Shown here: positions 1 through 8,767 of the stretch, one piece after another
How positions within the stretch are numbered: the first letter of the stretch is position 1
Layout of the letters: the number at the start of each line of letters is the position of its first letter
Origin: Candidatus Bathyarchaeia archaeon
GTDB lineage: Archaea > Thermoproteota > Bathyarchaeia > Bathyarchaeales > Bathycorpusculaceae
Length of the DNA: 64,000 nt
Direction of reading: 5' to 3'
Assembly (NCBI GenBank): GCA_049512935.1
Contig: JBEKWR010000002.1
Location: 116,887-180,886 of the forward strand
Notes under the pieces: model-generated
Seen by the model: the letters and a program-made list of their open reading frames with translations, nothing else
What the model was told of the DNA's origin: nothing
Database searches by the model: none
Program-made: the position numbers and the translations under genes

Positions 1-492
1 GCTAAGGTTTCTAACAACCGATCTAAGCGAAACTTCAGTGAAACGGTTTGGGTTGTCTCGGTTAATGTATTCTTCGAGTTTTTCCTTGTGAAAGGTTTCT
101 CCTTCTGCTAGCGGTAGAATCACAGGGGCGCTCATTCTTACCAAACCATCACGCGCATAAGCAGAAAGCAAAGCCAAGAGTGGTCGTCCAGCAACGTCTC
201 GGTCCCAAAAATACCTCAGAGCCCTAAACGTGGTGATTGATGGGTCTAAACCATAAAGAAAACCAAGATGCATGCTTGTGATTTTTCTGGTTTTTTCAGA
301 GCGTTTGCCTAAGCAGTTCTCTTCCACAATAGCCTTAAGATAATCACTCTTGACGGAATTAGGATTGATCACGCACGATAACAAAGCTTGAAGGTCGTCA
401 AGCATCATTGAACGTGCCGCATGCGTGTTTCCTTTTTCCAGGCGAAAGCCGAAACGAGACAAGATATCACTGTTAAGGTTGGGGTTTTCCAT
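1..492 (-). CDS. BrxA-like (BREX DUF1819-type) protein, 3' end outside the window
   Basis: Not in the ORF track. Hand translation: MENPNLNSDILSRFGFRLEKGNTHAARSMMLDDLQALL...EENCLGKRS...LYGLDPS...FRALRYFW...PLLALLSAYARD. Clear paralog of 2409..3221. Confidence 0.7.
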   Translation of the reverse strand, partial: MENPNLNSDILSRFGFRLEKGNTHAARSMMLDDLQALLSCVINPNSVKSDYLKAIVEENCLGKRSEKTRKITSMHLGFLYGLDPSITTFRALRYFWDRDVAGRPLLALLSAYARDGLVRMSAPVILPLAEGETFHKEKLEEYINRDNPNRFTEVSLRSVVRNLS

Positions 493-698
493 GCTTCACG
501 AGCCTCTATTCCCCCTGCGTCTCGTTAACAGGGCGATCGGAATGCTGCCATCAACGTTACTGCAGGAGAGTTTTGATACTGTATGCTGAGTTTCTTATTT
601 AGAACTTGCTATTTATAGGTAAATCAGGAGAACCTGAATTGCCAAAGGATATTAGGAAACTACGACTAACTTAGGTCTGCGACAAGCCTTACACCTTA

Positions 699-1274
699 GT
701 GAGAGCGATGAATAAAGAAGAAGCGAGAGCAATTGTTCGTGCAAACTTGAAGGGCAAGAAAAAGAAGGAAGCACCGCTACTTGTTATTGCTGAAGCGGTC
801 AGATTACTGGTGTCCGACCGAGAGTTTGGATCAACCACTAAACTTGCAGACAGCTTTAGTGTGAAAAGACCGACGATAGAATCTTTTGATAAAATGAATG
901 ATCAACCCGTTGAAGTAAAGAAACTTATTAAGGAAGGTAAAATCGGTATTGACAACAATCCTAAATTAGCAAGCATCGTTGATGTGCAAAGACGAATCGC
1001 GGTAGCTTATACCATAGCAGGCCTAAGAACAAGGGATGCACGGGAAATAATAGCTAAATGCAAGAAGGACTGCAATCTTGAACCTGAAGAGTGCAAGAAA
1101 GCCATTATTAATGTTAAACCGCCAAAGAAACCGATAAAATCACTGGCAATACCTTTAGAACCAGAGGAACATTCTAAATTTTTTGAAGCATCGAAAAAAG
1201 CTGGTCTCAGCCCAAAAGAGGCAGGTAAACAAGCTATCGCTGAATGGGTTAAAGAGCAAGAAAAAAGCAGCTGA
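699..1274 (+). CDS. Putative DNA-binding protein (ParB/KorB-like HTH, RHH-like C-terminus)
   Basis: 191 aa. STTKLADSFSVKRPTI...PVEVKKLIKEGKIG resembles the ParB HTH region; the C-terminal strand-helix-helix SLAIPL...AIAEWV is RHH-like. Confidence 0.45.
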   Translation: MRAMNKEEARAIVRANLKGKKKKEAPLLVIAEAVRLLVSDREFGSTTKLADSFSVKRPTIESFDKMNDQPVEVKKLIKEGKIGIDNNPKLASIVDVQRRIAVAYTIAGLRTRDAREIIAKCKKDCNLEPEECKKAIINVKPPKKPIKSLAIPLEPEEHSKFFEASKKAGLSPKEAGKQAIAEWVKEQEKSS

Positions 1275-1277
1275 CTC

Positions 1278-2024
1278 TTAGATTAAGCACTCACTGCTAC
1301 AGAGTCTTTTGACGTAGACATCGGGTAGGGTCTCTTTCTTCTCAAGTTTTTCCTGCAAAGTTCCGAGCGTCCATTTCATTAGCCGCTGTTTAGGGAAATG
1401 CTTTGAATTCTCTTCTAGCTCTTTTGCCTTCATAAACAGGTCCTTATGTTTTTCGTAAATCTCGGTCCATCTCGATAAAGAATTGAACGGACAGAAGAAA
1501 CAGCCGCTTCTCACAGGCATTGAGAAATCGAAGTCTGAGAGCAAGATTATGTCCATGCACTCTTGGCGTGCAATCTGCTTCTCAACTAGAGGGAAGACAT
1601 TCTTAACGTAGGGTACTCCGCTTTCCTTCATGCGGTCTCTTTCTTCATAGGCTATGCCAAGATACTGGTTTACGGGAACGCCAAAAGACCGATAGTGCGA
1701 ATAGATGGGCGTTATCTTGTAGTCACGTGTGGACCAGCGCCAAATCTGTGAGGGTATGACTTTTCGGCGCTTGCAAGTATCATACAGCGTCCCATTCTTA
1801 GACCTAACAACCGTCAACGGTACACCGTGTTTGCTTAAGTAAGAATCAACTGTCTTCAAGTGCTCATAGGTCTCAGGCACCTCGGCGCCCGTGTCGGCGA
1901 AAATAACCTCGTCTAAAGGGTACTCCTTCTCAACGAGCATAATCATAAGAGCCGTCGAATTTAGTCCTGCACCGAAACTAAGAACATACTTCTCATCAGG
2001 CTTTCGTTCAAGCATTACTGCCAC
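1278..2024 (-). CDS. PAPS-reductase-family PP-loop protein
   Basis: SFGAGLNST PP-loop, IFADTGAE.PETY, KITPI, GCFFCPF. Confidence 0.8.
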   Translation of the reverse strand: MAVMLERKPDEKYVLSFGAGLNSTALMIMLVEKEYPLDEVIFADTGAEVPETYEHLKTVDSYLSKHGVPLTVVRSKNGTLYDTCKRRKVIPSQIWRWSTRDYKITPIYSHYRSFGVPVNQYLGIAYEERDRMKESGVPYVKNVFPLVEKQIARQECMDIILLSDFDFSMPVRSGCFFCPFNSLSRWTEIYEKHKDLFMKAKELEENSKHFPKQRLMKWTLGTLQEKLEKKETLPDVYVKRLCSSECLI

Positions 2025-2028
2025 CGCT

Positions 2029-2075
2029 TGCAGGACACTATCCTGCGCATGCAGGACATTATGGATTGTCCTGCA
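2029..2075. promoter_or_regulatory. Tandem inverted-repeat operator upstream of the PAPS-reductase gene
   Basis: GCAGGA-cacta-TCCTGC followed by TGCAGGACA-ttatggat-TGTCCTGCA. Confidence 0.6.
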
Positions 2076-2148
2076 ATAAAAAATTTTCTAGCCTACCGCT
2101 TGAAAAGTTGCCTTTAGCTGATAAGAATTGGGCGGTTATAGAAAAAAA

Positions 2149-2316
2149 TTATGTCTTGGGTATGGTAAAGCCAAGTTTGCCCTCATGATAATACATGAAT
2201 GTAGTTTTCTTGCAGTTGGAACACGGATAGGCTTTAACTTGATAGTAGCCTTTTCTGAAAGGCCATTCTTTCGAAGGCTTGTTAGGTAATTCAGAGCCAC
2301 ATCTTGGACACTTCAA
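2149..2316 (-). CDS. 55-aa zinc-ribbon microprotein
   Basis: TTG start after GGTGA; MKCPRCGSELPNKPSKEWPFRKGYYQVKAYPCSNCKKTTFMYYHEGKLGFTIPKT has two CxxC. Confidence 0.7.
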   Translation of the reverse strand: MKCPRCGSELPNKPSKEWPFRKGYYQVKAYPCSNCKKTTFMYYHEGKLGFTIPKT

Positions 2317-2408
2317 GGCAATTCACCAAGCCTATGTTTTAGCATAAGAAGGATATAAATTAAGGCACTCTTTCTTTTGCCTGCTCAGCCACCGAAGGTT
2401 CGTTCCCC

Positions 2409-3221
2409 TTATTGACGGATCAGATCCATTTGCTCTTTCGTCAAGAGATTCGGAAATTGAGCTTCCATTACATCCTCTAACCGCTTAAAAGAAAGCCATC
2501 CCCGAGATGACGCATTTTCCGCCAGAGCAATGCAATCATTCACTGGCGAGTCGAGCAAGTGCATGAACTCAGTTGAAAATAATTGCTTTCCACGACTTCC
2601 CAATAAGTAACCAAGAAAAAGGGCGTATGAAACAGAACCCTCTGTAGCTACAGCCCTCGAACGAGTCCTTCCTGCTCTCTGTATATGGCCAGACCGAATC
2701 AGACTTCCACAAACATTTCTAACCAATCCACCCAGGCAGAACTCGCTCAATCGACCGGCTGCTTCCTTATCAAGAAACTCTTTGAAAGCCGTTCGATCAA
2801 TAACTTCCCCTTCCTTAAGTGATAAAATGTACGGGACGCTCATTCGAAGCAAGCCATCCCGCGAATATGCACTGAGCAATGCTAACAAAGGTTGGCTGCT
2901 GACGCCTCGTGTCCAGAAATATCTAAGAGCTTGAAAGGTAGCAACAGATGGGTCGAGTGAATAAAGAGTCATTAAATGCCTTGCTGAAAGCTCCCGATTT
3001 TTCTGTGACCTCTTCCCCAAGCAATTATTCTCTATAATTACCGTTACATAATCTCCTTTCTGAGCGTCTGGAGATGGAACGCACGAAAGTAGCGTCTGGA
3101 GTTCTTCAAGCATTATTGTTCGACCGATGTGTACGCCGCTCGGGCCCAAGCGGAACCCTAGCTTTCTAAGAACTGATTTACTAGCTGTGGTTTGATTATG
3201 TTCTGCAAGCTCACTTAACAC
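2409..3221 (-). CDS. BrxA-like protein (second paralog)
   Basis: LGFR...H.GRTIMLEELQTLL, NCLGKRS, YALFLGYL.G.RG..LF are motifs of BREX-associated BrxA-type proteins. Confidence 0.7.
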   Translation of the reverse strand: MLSELAEHNQTTASKSVLRKLGFRLGPSGVHIGRTIMLEELQTLLSCVPSPDAQKGDYVTVIIENNCLGKRSQKNRELSARHLMTLYSLDPSVATFQALRYFWTRGVSSQPLLALLSAYSRDGLLRMSVPYILSLKEGEVIDRTAFKEFLDKEAAGRLSEFCLGGLVRNVCGSLIRSGHIQRAGRTRSRAVATEGSVSYALFLGYLLGSRGKQLFSTEFMHLLDSPVNDCIALAENASSRGWLSFKRLEDVMEAQFPNLLTKEQMDLIRQ

Positions 3222-3390
3222 GTTAGCAGCCCCCTGTTAAGTTTTTAGGCGATCCAAACTTAAGCTTTGTTCTTTTTTCCAGCATGCTAAGAGTGGAAAG
3301 ACTCGAACAACTAAAAGTGAGGCAAACTCTGCTAAACAACAATTTATAAACCGACAGCACCAACAAAACACATGGACACTAGGTGAAAGA

Positions 3391-3654
3391 TTGGATGCAT
3401 TTTCCGTCTTGCTTACAATCTTTATTGTTTCCGTACTCTTCGTAGGAGCGCTGATTGCCATTGCAATCTTTTCTGCATTGTTCAGAAAAAAAGAATCGCG
3501 GCCGACTTACAGCTCAACAAATCAAGAACCTTCATCTCCGACCAATCAAGCCGCGAGCGACATAATTGAGGATAGTGAGGGGGACGGTTTGATGCTCTTT
3601 GACGACCCTATGTTTCCTCCAGAATTCAATGATGAGGAAGAGGACGACTTTTGA
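3391..3654 (+). CDS. Small membrane protein with acidic tail
   Basis: N-terminal TM helix, D/E-rich C-terminus. Confidence 0.6.
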   Translation: MDAFSVLLTIFIVSVLFVGALIAIAIFSALFRKKESRPTYSSTNQEPSSPTNQAASDIIEDSEGDGLMLFDDPMFPPEFNDEEEDDF

Positions 3655-3752
3655 TGGAGAAGACTGAAATTTTGTTTGAAGAAGAACCAGACGACGAAAA
3701 GGGGGATTGGCCAGTTCCAGATGAACCTGATAACCCCGAGAATGAGCCCTAA
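3654..3752 (+). CDS. 32-aa acidic peptide
   Basis: ATG overlaps the upstream TGA; MEKTEILFEEEPDDEKGDWPVPDEPDNPENEP. Confidence 0.35.
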   Translation: MEKTEILFEEEPDDEKGDWPVPDEPDNPENEP

Positions 3753-3769
3753 GCCTTAATGGCTTTTTT
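3751..3769 (+). terminator. Hairpin plus T-tract terminator
   Basis: aagcc-ttaat-ggctt followed by a T run. Confidence 0.45.
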
Positions 3770-3797
3770 ATAAGATCATTGAATCAAATATTTGCTA

Positions 3798-4517
3798 TTA
3801 GAAAGGCGCAGTGTTTTTTGTTGAAATGCCGATATTGAAGAGTTCTCTTTTTTCTCCATTTTTTATTGCGTAGAACTTCATTTCAAACCCTTCCGCGAGC
3901 GGAAACCGGCTTTGTGGGGGAAAAATCATACTGGGAAAACCATCAACCGTCGGATTATCAAGATCCAAAATGTAATCTAATTGTCGAGCAGTCTGCGGAT
4001 GTGATTCTCGCCGCCCATGGCTCGCCAGCAGCCGATGTACGCTCTTGGCTGCAATTCTAAGGTCTTGTTTGAGAAGCCGAAGCTCTTCATTGACAGTTAA
4101 CCCTTTATAACGCTGCTCAAACTCTCTCCTCCGCGCATCCGCAACCTGCATAATTTCCCTGTTGACTTGACCCTTAACGTAGGATCGTGTCTTATCCCAA
4201 TCACGCTTAACAGTCCTTGTTGAAACACCAAGCTCATCGGCGATCTGCTTCTGCGTAAAACCCTTCTCAGCCAAAACCCTCACCTGACGTCTACGCTCCC
4301 TTTCCCGTTTATACTGCACTACACTCTTAGTATAGGCCGAAACCCTGCGATAAGACGCCTCTTTCACCTTAGAATGCTCCTTCTTTGTGCTGAAATGCTC
4401 ATTTTCTTCCAGCTGAAAACCCCCATTTTCGCCTATTTCGCGAAAAGGCTCATTTTCCAAAGCTTTCTCCGCAACAATATCCTCCATTTCTGGCAATTTT
4501 TCACCATTAGTGGACAA
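3798..4517 (-). CDS. HTH-domain protein
   Basis: GFTQKQIADELGVSTRTVKRD. Confidence 0.75.
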   Translation of the reverse strand: MSTNGEKLPEMEDIVAEKALENEPFREIGENGGFQLEENEHFSTKKEHSKVKEASYRRVSAYTKSVVQYKRERERRRQVRVLAEKGFTQKQIADELGVSTRTVKRDWDKTRSYVKGQVNREIMQVADARRREFEQRYKGLTVNEELRLLKQDLRIAAKSVHRLLASHGRRESHPQTARQLDYILDLDNPTVDGFPSMIFPPQSRFPLAEGFEMKFYAIKNGEKRELFNIGISTKNTAPF

Positions 4518-4696
4518 ATTTTACGCTCACTTCCAACATTATTTTGAATTTTAACAGAGCAATTTTTCTAAATTTTGTCACCCTCTGAATTATCATCTTT
4601 TCCCTCAAACCTATCGCACTTCTGCATGCACTTTACTTCAACTTGCTGAAATCACCTCATCTTCAACAGCAACCTTGAAAGAGTCTGCAGTCAAAC

Positions 4697-4715
4697 CACA
4701 GAATACACAGAATAC
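4697..4715 (+). promoter_or_regulatory. Direct repeat next to a TATA box (putative RHH operator)
   Basis: CACAGAATA x2 directly before TTTATA, upstream of the RHH gene. Confidence 0.4.
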
Positions 4716-4765
4716 TTTATATTTTAAGATTACGCATAACTACCCAACGGAAAGAGGAGTATAAA

Positions 4766-5251
4766 ATGCCAAAAAACGTAACAATTTACCTTTCCGACGA
4801 AATAGCCGGAAAAATGGAAAAATACCCTGAAGTGAACTGGTCCGAAATCTGCCGAAAAGCAGTAGTAGAATACATAGATACCCGCAGCCAAATAGACATA
4901 GCATCAATACTTGAAAAGCTTAAAGCCGAAAGCAATGAAGCCTACAAGCAAGGCCAGATACTATTCTATCAGATAGCGCCAAAAATGTCTCTGAAAGAAT
5001 TTGACATATGGTATCCACGAGTGAGCGCAACTATTTTGGAAGGCGGTGAAGGCGGTTTGCTTGGTGATTCACCTTCGCTTTCCCCAGAAGCCGCAACATA
5101 TCAAGCTAAAAAAGGTATGGCACATATGATGGGCAGTTTTTGCCGAGACAACAGCATAACTTACCCCTCAGACGCTTCTGACGCTTTCTGGGAAGGCGCC
5201 ATAGCCGCATTCATGAACGTCTACACCAAAATAAAACCGAAAAAGAATTGA
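4766..5251 (+). CDS. RHH/CopG-type regulator with C-terminal domain
   Basis: MPKNVTIYLSDEI...MEKYPEVNWSEICRKAV. Confidence 0.7.
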   Translation: MPKNVTIYLSDEIAGKMEKYPEVNWSEICRKAVVEYIDTRSQIDIASILEKLKAESNEAYKQGQILFYQIAPKMSLKEFDIWYPRVSATILEGGEGGLLGDSPSLSPEAATYQAKKGMAHMMGSFCRDNSITYPSDASDAFWEGAIAAFMNVYTKIKPKKN

Positions 5252-5329
5252 CTACAACAATGCAGCAATATCAAAGCTTCCAAAACTTTTCTTGGGACAA
5301 TAAAAAAGCGATAGGAGGCACCTAAAAGA

Positions 5330-5776
5330 TTGCAATTGAAACGACTGGTTGTGGGCAAAGGAAAAACATCTAGACCTGGCGAAGCAGATGAATGGGTAAA
5401 AAACTACTTTGAGATTGAAGCGTCTGTCGAAAATCCAGCTGAGCTTGAAGCCGCAAAAGCAAACCTCAGCGGACTTATCGATGGATGGCTTTCCACACAT
5501 AAACCAGTCCCAAGGGAAACGCCGAAAAAGACTCAACTAATATCGCAAGATCTTGAAAAGCTGCCGTGGAAAACCTACAATTCAAAAGAAGACTGCAAAC
5601 CTAACGAGGCAGGCTGGATCTTCACAAACACGCCTGGGGCAGAAGCTCTCTCAGAATTAATTAAAAAACAAGACAAAGAACCCGTTATCCAAATAGGCGA
5701 TTGCAACTTCACCGTAAGATTCAGCGGCGCGGAAAAACAATTCATCGGAAGAGCACCAGTAAAAACCCAAACTTAA
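5330..5776 (+). CDS. Hypothetical mobile-element protein
   Basis: 148 aa ORF after AGGAGG, co-oriented with the integrase. Confidence 0.65.
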   Translation: MQLKRLVVGKGKTSRPGEADEWVKNYFEIEASVENPAELEAAKANLSGLIDGWLSTHKPVPRETPKKTQLISQDLEKLPWKTYNSKEDCKPNEAGWIFTNTPGAEALSELIKKQDKEPVIQIGDCNFTVRFSGAEKQFIGRAPVKTQT

Positions 5777-5797
5777 CCAAGAACGTGAGGCAACATA

Positions 5798-6169
5798 GTG
5801 ACTCCTCTTACTTTTTCCTTGGGTTCGCCTGTTTATATCCGCTATAAAGACCACGTTCTCTTCAAAAACATTCAGCAACCCATGGAAGAAGCAATGGAGA
5901 GGGAAACCATCGGCTGGCTATCAAGAGAAAACGGCGAAATAATTCTCGTCGAGCACGACCGAACAATGCCAAATGCTGAACTCTGCAGCGGTCAAAGCAA
6001 CGGACTAATTATTTTAAAGAGCTGCATCATAGAAATCCGCAAGCTACCACTACAAGAAAGTTCAAAGTGGCACTTAAATTCTCAAGAAACTACAGATAAA
6101 GCAGAGTATGCGCTTCAGCCAAAGAAGCGAAAAACTCCAAAAAGAAACAGGACGGGAGCAAAAAAATGA
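5798..6169 (+). CDS. Hypothetical mobile-element protein
   Basis: 123 aa; ATGA overlap with the integrase. Confidence 0.65.
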   Translation: MTPLTFSLGSPVYIRYKDHVLFKNIQQPMEEAMERETIGWLSRENGEIILVEHDRTMPNAELCSGQSNGLIILKSCIIEIRKLPLQESSKWHLNSQETTDKAEYALQPKKRKTPKRNRTGAKK

Positions 6170-7701
6170 AAACCGTAACCATAACGGAGAGCTCCCGAGG
6201 CACCAAACTGCAAAAACCACTAACTCTCACCTTGCCTGAAGCAGAGACAGCCGCAGACAAAAAGCTCCAACAATACATAATCGACGCATTACTAACCAAA
6301 ATGCCAAGCCTCGTAACCTTAACCTTCCAAAACACCACAACCATAGAACTAGCAAAACACCTCTTACGTCACAGAACAGGCAGCCCAGCCACCCTCTACC
6401 AATACATCTACGGCGTCCACCGCTTCAGTCTCTGGACAAACACCCAACCCGACCAACTTGTCAAAGCCTGCCAAGATCAAGACGGAGACCCAAAACCAAA
6501 AGCTCTTTCGCAGACTAGCCGCATGCTAGATGACTTCGTCGCCAACCTGCAAGCCGAAAACTTGGCACCAGGAACCGTAAGCAATCACGTTAAGGGCGTC
6601 AAAGCATTATTCCGCTGCAACGGACTAAAACTTGAACTTCCTTACAATCTGAGTAAAAGAAGCGTCTACGAAGATAGAGCACCAACACCTGAAGAGCTAC
6701 AAAAAATGCTCGACTTAGCCGATCTACGCGAACGAGTAATAATATCGCTACTGGCGTTAGGCGGATTTCGCATCGGCACTCTATCCAAGCTACAGTATCG
6801 CCATGTCAGACGCGACCTAGAAAAAGGCATAATCCCAATCCACGTGCATGTTGAATCAGAGATAACCAAGGGCAAATACCACGACTACGACACATTCCTG
6901 GGACTGGAAGCAGCCGAATATCTCAAAGCCTACTTGGACTTACGAAAACAAGGCAGCCCAACAGGGCGAAAACAACCAGAAATTATCCACGACAACTCAC
7001 CATTAATACGCGATGGACAAAGCAACCTTGCCAAACCAATAACAACAGGCAGAATTCACTCAGTTGTCCACAACCTCTACGTCAAAGCAGGATTAGTAAC
7101 CAGCAACCCTCGAGGAAGACGCTACGACCTAAGAGCCCACAGCATTCGCAAATACTTCCGGACACAGCTAGCCGCACTTAGCATTCAAACCGATTACATC
7201 GAATACATGATGGGACACACAATCAGCACCTATCACGACATACGCATGAAAGGCATAGAATACCTCCGCGGCGTATACATCTCCTCAGGCCTAAGCATAA
7301 AACCAAAAACTCGCCTAAACAAACTTGAAGCCCTCAAAGAAATGATTCGCGCATGGGGACTCAACCCTGACCAAGTGATGTCCAGAGAAGCATTAGCGCA
7401 ATCCAATGTAACCGTCATAGACCGAGCCCAACTAGAACAAACTCAACTGACACAATTAACAGCTGTTTTAAAGCAGCAGATGATCAAAGAAATATACGAG
7501 AGTCAAGGTCAAAAAAGTATGAATTCACGCCTGGGACAAAGTAGCCCGGGAGAGATTCGAACTCCCTTAGGGGCAGTTTTCAGGCGATTTATTAATTTCA
7601 GTCATTTCTATAATCTCATTGGTAGACGTGGTGGCAATTTGGGATTAAAAGGCTTCTCAACCACAATAAGAGCTTCAAGATTCCAGAACAGGACACAATA
7701 G
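6166..7701 (+). CDS. Tyrosine recombinase/integrase
   Basis: Catalytic residues GFRIG (R), TKGK (K), HSIR (HxxR), MMGH...Y; the C-terminus reads through the att repeat. Confidence 0.92.
   Translation: MKTVTITESSRGTKLQKPLTLTLPEAETAADKKLQQYIIDALLTKMPSLVTLTFQNTTTIELAKHLLRHRTGSPATLYQYIYGVHRFSLWTNTQPDQLVKACQDQDGDPKPKALSQTSRMLDDFVANLQAENLAPGTVSNHVKGVKALFRCNGLKLELPYNLSKRSVYEDRAPTPEELQKMLDLADLRERVIISLLALGGFRIGTLSKLQYRHVRRDLEKGIIPIHVHVESEITKGKYHDYDTFLGLEAAEYLKAYLDLRKQGSPTGRKQPEIIHDNSPLIRDGQSNLAKPITTGRIHSVVHNLYVKAGLVTSNPRGRRYDLRAHSIRKYFRTQLAALSIQTDYIEYMMGHTISTYHDIRMKGIEYLRGVYISSGLSIKPKTRLNKLEALKEMIRAWGLNPDQVMSREALAQSNVTVIDRAQLEQTQLTQLTAVLKQQMIKEIYESQGQKSMNSRLGQSSPGEIRTPLGAVFRRFINFSHFYNLIGRRGGNLGLKGFSTTIRASRFQNRTQ
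7540..7564 (-). repeat. att-like direct repeat of the tRNA-Gln 3' end
   Basis: AGTAGCCCGGGAGAGATTCGAACTC vs AGTAGCCCGGGAGAGACTCGAACTC at 12156-12180 (24/25 identical). Confidence 0.9.
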
Positions 7702-7710
7702 AAAAAGTAA

Positions 7711-7812
7711 GTAGAGGCATTAATCAACGAAGAAGCTCTCTTGTTCGCTAAATATCTGAGGAACAGAAAGAGAGAATGGATTCCAAGAGTTAATATTGTG
7801 CGCACGCGCTAA
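7711..7812 (+). pseudogene. Probable C-terminal remnant of a solo Cas1
   Basis: VEALINEEALLFAKYLRNRKREWIPRV resembles the C-terminus of archaeal stand-alone Cas1 as I recall it; upstream frame broken. Confidence 0.55.
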
Positions 7813-7957
7813 AATAGGGCTGTTCTAACGTTCTATTAACACATTCTCGATAGATTATGGCTAATTTAGCTTATTGAGCCTTAAGAAAGCTTAAATATTA
7901 CTTCAGACTATTACTTGTCAGCAGTTCCAGTTTTGCCTTGAGGCAGATGGATGAAAA

Positions 7958-8767
7958 TTGTCCGAATTGGACAAGACAGATCTATTAATGGGACTGGGGT
8001 TAAGCCCTAATCAAGCAAAAGTTTATCAAACCATACTTAAATTAGGCAACGTTCCAGTTGGTATGATAGCGAAATCTTCTTCGGTAAGGCGAGAAGATGT
8101 ATACAAGGTTTTGCCAGCACTTGAAAAGATGGGTCTAGTAGAAAAGTTACTCGGCAAACCAGCCATGATTCGGGCTACTCCTGTTGCCGGTGCTTTGGCT
8201 TCTTTAATAGTTGATGAAAAAGTCAAATCTGATGAAAGAATAGCCTCAATGAAAGCGAAATTTCAAGTCCTATCTAAGTCGATGTGGGTACAGCCTATTG
8301 TTTTGGGTGAAGAAGAAAGTCGATATGCTCTAATACCAGAAGGTAAAGCAGTACTCGCTAAAATAAACAGTTTAATTGCCAGCTCTAAAATTAATGTTTT
8401 CTGGATTGATACCCAGAAAGAAATCTCGCATGTCACATCTCTTCTTGTCGCTGAAATCAAAAAAGCAATTCATAACAGAGTGGAAGTTAAAGTGATTATT
8501 GAAGATTTCAAACTTGATGAATCCCAAACGAAAGACGTACAACACACCATAAACATCGAGTCTGTTAGTATTAGGTTTCACCATCAACCCCTGAACCGGT
8601 TCGCAGTTTTTGATGGCAGAGAAGCCATGATTTCAACCACCAATAGAAAGAGTACGGCTGAAGAAACTTCAGCATTGTGGACAACCGACACCAACCTTAT
8701 CGGCGTGCTGAAAGGATACTTTGAGACTGCGTGGAGTGAATCCGAAGAATTAAAAACAAATCAATAA
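7958..8767 (+). CDS. TrmB-family transcriptional regulator
   Basis: LGLSPNQAKVY...REDVYKVL..LEKMGLVE wHTH plus PLD-like C-domain (FAVFDGREA). Confidence 0.85.
   Translation: MSELDKTDLLMGLGLSPNQAKVYQTILKLGNVPVGMIAKSSSVRREDVYKVLPALEKMGLVEKLLGKPAMIRATPVAGALASLIVDEKVKSDERIASMKAKFQVLSKSMWVQPIVLGEEESRYALIPEGKAVLAKINSLIASSKINVFWIDTQKEISHVTSLLVAEIKKAIHNRVEVKVIIEDFKLDESQTKDVQHTINIESVSIRFHHQPLNRFAVFDGREAMISTTNRKSTAEETSALWTTDTNLIGVLKGYFETAWSESEELKTNQ

Larger units (their letters stand above)
1..7564. mobile_element. Integrative element, right part (left end outside the window)
   Basis: Integrase abutting a copy of the tRNA-Gln 3' end, plus HTH/RHH genes and defence-like cargo. Confidence 0.7.
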
